Below, piece by piece: positions 38,101 through 46,780 of a stretch of 64,000 nucleotides of DNA. Positions within the stretch are counted from its first letter, which is position 1; each line of letters begins with the position of its first letter. This DNA is from Phoronis australis (taxonomy: Eukaryota; Animalia; Phoronida): assembly GCA_002633005.1 (NCBI GenBank), contig NMRA01000034.1, positions 1,166,012-1,230,011 of the forward strand, in the 5' to 3' direction. The notes beneath the pieces were generated by a model, which saw only the letters and a list, made by a program, of their open reading frames with translations, searched no databases and was not told where the DNA came from. Both the position numbers and the translations under genes were made by a program.

Positions 38101-39450
38101 GGTGAGAAAGCGCAAAGTAAACGGACATATTCAAGGCTTAGTTCGTTGAGATGTTATAATTATAATATTCTTGCTATGATTACGGGACTGAGAAAATAGA
38201 CTTGAATAAAAACTGCAGTAGTACGCAAAACAAATATCTGTTGAGTACAAACTACTTGCCTGCAGCCAAATGTTGTCTGGAGCAATGTAACGATGCCTGA
38301 TACAAAGAACATTGTGGAGATGATTTCACTCTTGCCAACATTATCTTCGCCCATGCACAAAGCTGGGGCAAGTATGAGAGGAATGGCAACGGTGGAGCCG
38401 AACATAGTCAAGTAGTGCTGGAATATCGAAGCGCGTAGGTCACTATTAATTACAAATCCCAAAGCCTCATCTCGTTAACTGGCCGCCAATACACAGTACA
38501 GAAGCGGACTGGATTGCAAAATAATTCTAAGGGGCATTTGCCTCTGTTTTAACTTAACAATATTACATTCATGCAGCTACAAACTGCAGTAACTAGAGAG
38601 TTGCCGGTTTCGTACCGGTAATCTATATTTTCGTCATGATTACCACGAAGCGATTGTCCATTTTCCCAGTGCACATTTGTAGATGAGGGAGTCCTTAATC
38701 ATGATGCCATTGGGAATTGTCCAAATGTCGCTTCGTCTTTAAGACCACGAGAAATTATCGGATTATAAATGGGGTACAGCGTAGGGAAACATTAATTTCA
38801 AAACCTTGCATCATAAATAATCTGACATGTGTTGTGTTGGTGCAAGAAGGAAGATCGTGCAAGACCAAGTAAAACCACGCGAGTGAAAGGCGGTGTTTTC
38901 GGTAATGTTCGGTACCTGAAGTGATTTGTCTGTGAGGTTAGAATGTTGAATTTTGGGGTAGATTTCAATGTTTCCATTCTGCAAATTGAAATTTCTCGTT
39001 ACAGTGCTTCTTGAGTGTCTTGCGTCTACGTAGCATAACCCTAGATGCGTATTTTCTGGACCGGAAGTACAAAATAATCGCCCATGCTCAATAAACATTC
39101 AATACATGCTATCGTTTATTTTCATGTTTGTTCGTATTTGACGTTGGCGTGCAGCCCCAAGAATGACATGAAGGAATCGATCTAACTTTCGTCGCTGCAG
39201 CCCTTTATCGGCAAGAAGAAAGACATCAAACCTGAAATCCCAGGAGAACACACATGTACCATGGTGGACAGTCTTCAACTGAATATTGCAGATCCGATAA
39301 AATAAGCGGCTTGGTGTTGTCTTCCTTTTCGAGTGGCACCTTCAAAGGAAGATTAAGGTGTTTGTCTTCGCAGGGCGACACGATTTCACTGGGATTTCTT
39401 GAAAAGAGTCCGACGGGCGATTTGTTGTTTACAATATGATGTTGTGCCAT
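19962..39450 (-). CDS. SLC23A: SLC23 / nucleobase-ascorbate transporter (NAT, xanthine/uracil permease family) gene, 13 coding exons, 644 aa: complement(join(19962..20164,24013..24108,24457..24552,25661..25810,28416..28545,29921..30024,30337..30643,32932..33028,33266..33447,35506..35588,35841..35950,38260..38417,39232..39450))
   Basis: Exon lengths sum to 1935 nt (645 codons including stop) with matching phases at all 12 introns. The protein shows the family motifs [59 protein letters not shown], the NAT signature [26 protein letters not shown] and LDNTVPGT. Confidence 0.95.
20769..20819. mobile_element. Ultra-short CATGGGCG MITE (51 bp), TSD GATTA/GATTG
   Basis: catgggcgccgcagcactgaaaaaagtg...gcgccgcccatg. 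Confidence 0.75.
21688..23505. mobile_element. Helentron/HINE-like non-autonomous element with two internal tandem units of about 780 bp
   Basis: Subterminal IR acttggcgaaa (21711) / tttcgccaagt (23493-23503); 3' imperfect hairpin preceded by an AAAC-rich tract; the unit starting near 21909 repeats near 22688. Confidence 0.65.
24013..24108 (-). CDS. SLC23A: SLC23 coding exon 12 ([11 protein letters not shown]...YDLPF)
   Basis: Acceptor tttacag, donor G|gtaagg; ERG..W and YDLPFG motifs. Confidence 0.92.
24457..24552 (-). CDS. SLC23A: SLC23 coding exon 11 ([14 protein letters not shown]...LDNTVP)
   Basis: Acceptor attacag, donor G|gtgagt, phase 1. Confidence 0.94.
25661..25810 (-). CDS. SLC23A: SLC23 coding exon 10 ([27 protein letters not shown]...GAMKT)
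   Basis: Acceptor catttag, donor G|gtaaga, phase 1. Not in the ORF track. Confidence 0.94.
25897..27341. mobile_element. About 1.4-kb non-autonomous TIR element, copy B (inverted relative to copy A), in SLC23 intron 9
   Basis: Ends tatagacctaattcatg ... cgtgaattaggtctata. Confidence 0.88.
27835..28040 (-). pseudogene. Decayed THAP zinc-finger remnant of a DNA transposon
   Basis: Across frameshifts: (I)[13 protein letters not shown]..., [26 protein letters not shown], matching the THAP C-x4-C...W...C..HF pattern. A possible terminus gactacc|ttaa lies at 28358-28368. Confidence 0.65.
28416..28545 (-). CDS. SLC23A: SLC23 coding exon 9 ([10 protein letters not shown]...[13 protein letters not shown])
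   Basis: Acceptor ttatag, donor A|gtaagt, phase 1. Confidence 0.95.
29921..30024 (-). CDS. SLC23A: SLC23 coding exon 8 (GIGVEGIGC...[13 protein letters not shown]), contains the NAT signature
   Basis: Acceptor ttacag, donor AAG|gtgtgt, phase 0. Confidence 0.95.
30337..30643 (-). CDS. SLC23A: SLC23 coding exon 7 ([12 protein letters not shown]...PPPLHAINR)
   Basis: Acceptor tttcag, donor G|gtaaag, phase 1; [12 protein letters not shown] and [12 protein letters not shown] motifs. Confidence 0.95.
32120..32790 (-). mobile_element. Penelope-like retroelement remnant (GIY-YIG endonuclease 3' end) in SLC23 intron 6
   Basis: [31 protein letters not shown] (32522-32430), then AIAH...[18 protein letters not shown], matching the PLE pattern NVVY.IPC.CG..YIGET.R.L..R..EH...ILD.E....R.IKEA. 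Confidence 0.75.
32932..33028 (-). CDS. SLC23A: SLC23 coding exon 6 ([14 protein letters not shown]...IFKLFP)
   Basis: Acceptor ttgtag, donor CCG|gttagt, phase 0; FSQYL and FKLFP motifs. Confidence 0.92.
33266..33447 (-). CDS. SLC23A: SLC23 coding exon 5 ([12 protein letters not shown]...GQWYIAL)
   Basis: Acceptor attag, donor AC|gtaagt, phase 2; contains [20 protein letters not shown]. Confidence 0.93.
34678..34759. repeat. 82-bp segment bounded by GACCTAATTCA inverted repeats
   Basis: Same terminal motif as the 1.4-kb element pair. Confidence 0.5.
35506..35588 (-). CDS. SLC23A: SLC23 coding exon 4 ([28 protein letters not shown])
   Basis: Acceptor cttcag; ends with conserved WxxRxRE|gtgagt, phase 0. 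Confidence 0.87.
35841..35950 (-). CDS. SLC23A: SLC23 coding exon 3 ([36 protein letters not shown])
   Basis: Acceptor tttccag; LPIIQGGS family motif; donor G|gtacgg gives phase 1 matching the next exon. Not in the ORF track. Confidence 0.85.
37126..37325. repeat. Cluster of degenerate AACCATGGT(T/C) palindromic repeats
   Basis: About 9 imperfect copies, probably subterminal repeats of a DNA transposon. Confidence 0.55.
38260..38417 (-). CDS. SLC23A: SLC23 coding exon 2 (HYLTMFGST...LLQTTFGCR)
   Basis: Acceptor ttccag; TM1 QH motif completed across the junction; ends AG|gcaagt (GC donor), phase 2. Confidence 0.93.
39232..39450 (-). CDS. SLC23A: SLC23 coding exon 1 (MAQHH...[12 protein letters not shown])
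   Basis: ATG at 39450 in ACAATGG context, 4 nt after a tttcag acceptor; ends CAG|gtttga, phase 0. Confidence 0.88.
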
Positions 39451-40310
39451 TGTTCTGAAATAGAGACCATGGCTTCAGTGCCTTATGTTCATTTTATTTG
39501 TACATCCACAATTTTGGTCATGTATGTATGCAACGTTCATTTGCCGGCCTTTTATTCGACCTTCGAATGATTTAGAGTGACGGAGGTGGGAGATTAGGGA
39601 GGAGGAGGAAATTAGAGAGGCAAGAGAGTGATGATAACGAAATACAGCACTTGTCTTAAATTTTTGTCTGACCGGTTGGCAGAGTCGACGACTGGTCACC
39701 GACTGGTTTCTGACCGGTCGCACAAACGTTCGTTACCTGTTCCGTACTGTATATCGTAATAATTCTATAAAGATGTATACCGGTAAATGAGATTTATTGA
39801 CAGCACTTTTTGTCACAAAAATATCACATGCCATGTTTTCCTCCGTGGATGGGTGGGTCGCCATTAACCTGTACTAATGTTTAAGGTACGATACGACTAA
39901 CTGAAGACCGATTACAGTTCAAACACCTCCTTAAACTGTTCCAAACATACACCAATCTCGTCCAGCAAAACTTACTGTGTTAATCTAACACGTTCCATTG
40001 CTTAATTAAGCTGCAAAACCTGAATTTGTGAAGAACTTTTTGAGCGTTTTCTGTAACTGCACTTCTAACTCATTTGTTGATTCAACGGTTGTCTGTCTCC
40101 AACTTGTTTGGTCTGTTCAGTGTGCTAAGTACTGTATTCCTTCATCAATAGTCTACATGACGTCATGCCCACTTTCGCGAGGAGTGTTAATTTGAGAAAC
40201 TGAGGACAGTTCGAAAAAAAGTTTGATTGCGGGAGTATTTGTTCGGGCTTGGAAGAGTTAAAGATACCAACTCTCTCCTAAATTGTCCCTCTATACGCAA
40301 AGGTACTTAC

Positions 40311-40476
40311 AGAACATGACTTTGATGCTTTAATCAATACGAGACACAATGCGCCGAAAAGCTTCTCGTGTATGGCGGCGCTATGGAATGGCCACCGTCT
40401 TCACGAGGACGAGTTGAGGCGGTAATACTACCTAGTTGTACACGTGCACTTCCCGAGTCAACAGCGGCTTTATATA
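40311..40476 (-). promoter_or_regulatory. Putative SLC23 core promoter (TATATAAA at 40469-40476) and 5' non-coding exon (about 40445-40311)
   Basis: Minus-strand TATA box, a strong donor T|gtaagt at 40310 and an acceptor 4 nt before the ATG (39455) that needs an upstream exon. An AP-1-like TGAGTCA lies at 40505-40511. Confidence 0.5.
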
Positions 40477-40646
40477 TGGGCATAACGTGTTTTCATGAGT
40501 TGGGTGAGTCAGGAACATGTGTATGTTTGCTCAAGGTTTCTAATTAGTGTATTTTGAACCTGAGTGCCGGAATTGTCCCTCATACGTTTCTTGTCTAAGC
40601 TGCTAAAACTGTGAATGGGCCGGGTCACTTATTTTCATCCACGTTT

Positions 40647-40723
40647 CATGGGCGGCACACCCTAGTGGGCTGGCGGGGGGTAGGCTATAGCCCCCCACTT
40701 TTTTCAGTGCTGCGTCGCCCATG
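40647..40723. mobile_element. Ultra-short CATGGGCG MITE (77 bp), perfect 5-bp TSD CGTTT
   Basis: Inverted relative to the 16457 copy; about 170 bp upstream of the putative SLC23 TATA box. Confidence 0.82.
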
Positions 40724-43102
40724 CGTTTAGAACGTTTTTGTTGAAATAAACATACTACCTGAATTTCTGGGAAACGCTTACATTCTGTTTCTCGATTTTT
40801 GCTTTTACTCGAATTTGATGTCTGCCCGGTATAACGATTTCAAATTTCCTCAGTTCAGACTACTCCCAGTAAATTAAAATCGAGTCCAGCTTATCCCCGG
40901 GATTACTTCCCCTATGTCTAGATTACCACTTCACTTTAAACTTGAATAATAGGTTTTCATGTTCCTAATTAGCTTCGCATTGAAAATTTAACATGGGGGT
41001 AATCTGAACATAGGGGGAATATGAAATCAACTTCCAGATTAACTCCCGGTAATTTGAACTCGAAAGTACAATACTGGGGTGGGGGATGGTGACCTGAAAT
41101 CGACTAGTTCAAATAACCGGGTGAGCACTTCATGACGGCGCATCTGCATCAGAGTGACTCTCTGTAACAAGAGACGACGATATATGCATGCGCGCACCAG
41201 CCTAAAAATAAGCTTGCTCGAATTTTTGAGAATGTGAACCTTTTACTAAAAAAGCACGGTACGTTCAAAACTACAAGTTGTGCATTCGCCGAATTCCTGA
41301 CTTTTTAGTGGACTTTTGTCTCGTTTTCTACTTTTTCGAACTTTTTGTTTCTCTAAGGCGGACCTTTGCCCACTTTGCCAAATGGGGGCTCGTTCGAGCC
41401 TCCCGAGTGCACTGGGTGCTCGCATGCTATGGGTCCAAGAAAGACATAAACATGTCTCCCGATGAAAAATACATGTACCAACTGCTGCAGAGAAATATCA
41501 CCCAGGACTTTCAGTGGCATATGAAGCCGAAGCTACAAAGAGAAGTTTTATGGACAGTATACATTAAAAAATTTGACGGGACTTTCTGTATGCCGTGTGG
41601 CATCAGAGCAGTATTGCGAACACGAACAAGGTAATTACCACGTTGAATGCAGGCAGTTAGTTATCGAGTTTAAACAGCAGTTCGAAAATCCAAGTGAATC
41701 ACTTGCTAGTTGACAAAAAAAAACAAGAAAATATGGAGCGAAATCAGAGAATTGTGAAAATCATTGAAACATTTCAAAGGTAGGGAGTAGGCGCATGCCT
41801 GACCATAGTCGTTAACTTGAATGCTTGTGGTAATGAGATATTGAAAGATTGCATCAGTAAGGATTTTGCGAGGCAAACACCATTTAGTAGGTGTGACTTT
41901 CGGCTTATTTTTACCACCCACCCTGTACCCTTTTTAGCCACCCGGAATAGGTTTGTTTTTAACAACCCGCTTCATCTGGAACAAGATTCTTTTTGTTGGA
42001 GTCTGAAATTTTTACGGTGTAGCCCGTGGAGCAAAGAAAAAATGGCGGGGGGTGAATGAAGAGAAGAATAAAAAGTTCGCTAACCACAATTTCGCATTTA
42101 CCCGTTTAGTTCCATAGGGCATAGAACATCGAACCCAGGGAACATGGACCCGGGGAACATCGGAACAGGATAACATCAGTTCTGGGCTACATCGGTCTTG
42201 GGGAATGTCGTAAAGCATCGAGTCTTTTATAACCGCCGGGAGTAGGCCTACAGTTTACGTTGGCAACAACGTGTGGCAGACAACTTAATTGTCGTACACG
42301 TAGCCCCAGAAACAAGTAAGGGTTTGAGAATTTCTTGGCCGTCGTTTGGCAATTAGTAAGGTTGTCATTTTCACTTTTGTTGTCTTGCGTAAAAAACGGA
42401 GACGCACACTTCCAAGTCACGATCGTCGGCCGGGGCCGCTTGCGCGCTAGCAGGGCAATATCAGGAATATCGTCGTGGATGTTTGATAATAAAGACAACA
42501 TACGTGAAAAATGAATATGTTTTTCACCACAAAGTTTGGTAAGTTGATCGTTTAATAATTAGTAGAAACATCGCTGTTTTGTGACGTTTTATGACGTGCT
42601 ATGCCGTGGTCTGAAACTTTCTTTTTTGCAAAAGTTGCCGAAACGCCAATGGAACGCGTCAAAGATTAATTCTGCATTATCCCTTGTTCACGCAACATGG
42701 TTACAAATCATGGAGAGAGCTGTTCTCGGTTACTATTCTTTTGAATTTGATTTGGAAACAATCAAATAACGGTCGGATTCACTGACACGAGTTGTTTTAT
42801 ATTTGCCAGGTATCTGCCGAGAAGTGTAAAAATTCAGCTCTCAAACGTTGGAAATTCCAGGTTGCATTTTGCGACTGGATACGAGCTGGCATTTCCAAAT
42901 TTCTTGCTACCTGCATTTCGTTATGTCAAGCCCTGCTAAGGAGGCCGTGTATGTCTTTAAGTTCCTTCTAACTCGAACAAATACTCATGTAGTCAAACTG
43001 TTTTCGAGCAGTCCTGCAATCAGTCTCGCAGTCATGCAATCAGTCTCGCAGCTCGGCAACTGGCCGTTTTTGCACTGTTCGCGTCATTGGATATGATGAC
43101 AT

Positions 43103-43281
43103 AACTGACCTATCGCAAGCTCTGCCCCCTTGCGTAATGTCGACTAACAAACAATAACTTTTATCCGGCAACGTGTTGTTTGTCGGGTAAAATGGTGGCT
43201 TGGAAACGAAGGTGTGTGAATAATGCTGCATTCTAAATGGTCAGTTAAGCCGTCACTCAAAATCCTGGCGATAGGTCAATT
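43103..43281. mobile_element. About 180-bp MITE with TGACCTATCGC TIRs, copy A
   Basis: aactgacctatcgc ... gcgataggtcaatt. Confidence 0.8.
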
Positions 43282-43764
43282 CCGTCGTCGAAAAGCTTCC
43301 GGTGTATGAAGGCCCTATGGGAGTACTACCGTCTCTGCTTAGTCTTGACTGAAGTTCCAAGAGAGAGCATTTGTTGTTGTCGGGGTCTATCATGTACTCG
43401 GCCCAGTAAAAACACAGTACCGCTTAATACTTTGTCAATGCTGAGAATGTGTTCAGACCCATCTTCGATCAGGCGCTTAGACTCGCGGAGCATTGACTGG
43501 CATTGACAGTCGATTTGACGGCGTCACACTAATTGCCTCCAAGTTGCAGTACCGGTATTTGTTTCCTGCATAAACTTACTGCAAATGATAACAGTGATTG
43601 AAAGACCTGCTCCGTCCGCGCTTATATGTAGCCCTTAGGCGATGGAAAACCAAATTCTCTAACTTTGAAGTGGAAGACCTGCCTACAACTGCATCGTAGG
43701 TCTTTAATAAGTGTGGCGGGAATTACCTTCCAATTATGCGGGTGCTCCTGAAAGTTGCCTGTAC

Positions 43765-44092
43765 AATTGACCTATCGCCAGGATTTTGAGTGACGGCTTA
43801 ACCGACCAATTAGAATGCAGTATTCTTGACATACCTTCGTTTCCAACCAGCCATTTTACCCGACAAACAAGACGTTACCAGCCTCCCGTTCAGTTACGCT
43901 AGGACCTCGCTAAAAAGCAGGACTTCGCGAGATTACGTGAGATATTGCCGTGCATTTTAAATGAGAACACGTGACTTTGAATAGGTTTATTTAAGTCCTA
44001 GCGCAGGTCCTAGCGTCTACTGAACGCACGCCAGAACTTATTGTTGGTTTGTCGACATTTCGTAGGGAGGTGGAGCTTGCGATAACCCAATT
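43765..44092. mobile_element. Inverted copy B of the same MITE, interrupted by a nested 150-bp MITE (43882-44031)
   Basis: Reverse complement of 43103-43281; the insert has IRs cgttcag..acgctaggacct / aggtcctagcgt..ctgaacg and a CAG duplication. Confidence 0.78.
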
Positions 44093-45719
44093 ACAGTCAC
44101 TTCACGCGAACCCGCAACCAAACGTGAGAGAAGTGACAGCTGGATGTGCCGTCACAGTAATTATATGCGAAAATTGGTGGCCCTAGAGAGGCTCAGTGAC
44201 CAGGTGGTTACCACATTTGCAAAGTGTCACTCCAGAAAAGTCCAACTTTACACCTTATTGTAAACCATAAAATGAAGGGATTGGTTGACCGAAATATACG
44301 TCATCTTTATAAGGCTATGTTCTGTTCCGCAACATTTCTTACACGATCACTAGGTACATAGTGTACGTGATATATAATACATGTACATGTTGTGATTAGT
44401 TTCAAAATGCCATTGCTTGTGAATATCGATAACAGAACGAGAAACTTCTGTTGTATAAAATTAGATATTATGTCACGGTTAATAAACCTATCCTCGAAGA
44501 AATCAAACTGTTTACTTACATGTATTCCTTTGGGAAATGGCCCGAAACTGAAATCATCGTTTCCGTAACGCATTATGCACGCTGGACGCTATGCAGTGTT
44601 TCGCCCTATGGCGCAAATAAATTCGAGCTTTTTAGTAATAATACAGAACACCTACCTTGATATTGCATGCGGTGTGCACAGGTTGAATAGTCATATAGTG
44701 TTACACATTTTTCCGAAGTGACGCATCTAGATTCAAGTGATTATCGCGTACAGTCTGCAAAGGTGGTGCATCGTCTCAAAAATGCGGGTGCCTTGTCGTA
44801 TTCCCTATAACCGCGCATTCACCATATCATTTGTGTTTTCGACCCCCCCCCCGCGTTTACGGGCCTGAATTGGTCATTCTTTAAACTTGTAAGAAAGATT
44901 AATGACATATCAATTCTGTTAAAATGTGCCCTCGTTATAGTTCGGCTTCGCAGTGTTAAATAGAGAGCGGTGTCTATATTTATGACCAAGCTCATAGGCA
45001 GTTCTGACCATCACGTTCGATTCACTTAGGATTCGCATTCAGATTTTTCAGTAAACTTGCGCTTTCTGATTTTTTTGCGTTCAAAAGTTGTCATTTATTG
45101 GTTTGGTTAATCTTGTGTATCTCAAATAATCATTTGTTATCATGGTAAGAATTTGTCATGCCACCTTAGCTCATGCTATACATGTACGTGTACCTATTTG
45201 ACCCTATGTCCGGCGAGGCTGAAAAGGGTTGTGCTTTCACAACGCAAAAGCTAGGATTGGCTAGGAAAACGTTATATATTTTCTGAAGATTCAAGTAAAC
45301 GCTTACCCTCTGTAGCAGTGGGTAAGAAAGAATATAAAGCCATGGCATGTAAACCTACCGCAAAATTTTTCCGCACAGGCAAAATAACGTATTTTCTGGG
45401 AATACTGAAAAATGCATGGACAGGGTATATCAAGCAATAAGCGAATATTTTGGACTTAAAAGACTGTAGCATTTCTTCGAACATAAGGCCAGACGATATT
45501 TTTATGTGTTTTCTATCAATCAACCATGATCTCTGATACCACAATTAAAAAAGCGTAGACTGACTAAAACCATTCCATTTAAATATCGAATTAAATTATA
45601 AAACAAAACAGTACGTGTTGTAAAAATTACAATAGATTGCATTGGTCAAAATAACGTTTTTCCAGAAAAAAATAAAATAAGATGGCCTTTTATTCGAATA
45701 TGTCTTATTGGTGGTAATT

Positions 45720-46500
45720 TTTAAAGAAAACGACCTTGATCGCACTACCCTAAACAACTATCGCCTTATCAATCCTTCCATCTATCTCCAAACGTTTTGA
45801 AAACTCGTTTATGAACAAATTTACACATACCTCATACAGCATGACATCTTATACACTTCTCATCATGAGTTTCAGACTAATCACTCGACTTAACCCCACA
45901 ATAGACCATAATACATTACTACAAAAATTAACAAAACATGGAACCCTGAACACAGAACTTGACTGGTTTTCTAGCTATCTACACAACAGGTCACAATATG
46001 CTGCATACAATAACATTTCATCGTCATTATCAAACATCTCTCTGCTGGGGTTCTCCAAGGCTCAATAGTAGGTATTCAAAATTTACAGGAATCATCTAAA
46101 CTATGTTACCCCAAGGGTGTCCTCATGATCGCTCATGACACTTGTCTACTCACTCCTATAGTTCTGAACTCATCGACAGACAACACCAAAAACGCTTACA
46201 AACTATTTATATATGACTTTCAGCAAATAAGCTCTCTTTTAAACGTCTCAAAAACCAAATGCATGCTATTCCACGTTAGGCCCAATAGAATAAATAATAT
46301 CTCAGTCCCCATTATTAAAATAAATAACACATCTCTTATTTACGTCCAACACTACAAAATCCTAGGAATACACATTGACAATACCTTTCATGGAATGTCC
46401 ACATAACGGAAATTGCAAACAAAATTTCTAAAGTCAACTGCGTATTATTAGAACTCACAACACTATTTGCCCTCTCACATCTTACAATAACTCCGTCCTG
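45720..46500 (+). mobile_element. CR1/L2-clade LINE reverse transcriptase remnant
   Basis: NNYRLI..LPSISKRFEKLVYEQ, TIDHNTLLQKL, WFSSYLHNRSQ, GVLQGSIVG, degenerate (A)HDT and LNVSKTKCMLF across frameshifts. Confidence 0.82.
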
Positions 46501-46559
46501 AATTACACGGCGATAGAGCTCTCCTTTGTCGCGGAGATACGAAAGCGCGTGGCCTCGTT

Positions 46560-46780
46560 TTGGAAATCAGGCACATTTTCGTGTCTCTCATTGACGGCAA
46601 AGAATGAGGTCACGCATCCACGGGTATTTGTCAGTTTATCGAACTTTTTCACGTCGGAGTTGCAGCCCACAGCACAGCAATAATACTTCGTTGGTATTGG
46701 AAGGACGAATAGCGTAATGCGATCGAGAAAAACTAGTACAGAATCAGACAACAACAAATAACACAGTTTAAGCGGCGCGA
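46560..46780 (-). pseudogene. Second THAP remnant, homologous to the one near 28000
   Basis: (I)PTKYYCCAVGCNSDVKK...DKYPWMRD; the nucleotide string cacagcacagcaataatacttcgttgg is shared with about 28007-28035. Confidence 0.65.

Noticed and set aside
42110-42205. Short spaced GGAACATCG repeats, superficially CRISPR-like
   Set aside because: Repeats are about 9 bp and degenerate, spacers are tiny and there are no cas genes; they look like eukaryotic transposon subterminal repeats, also seen near 62620-63485.
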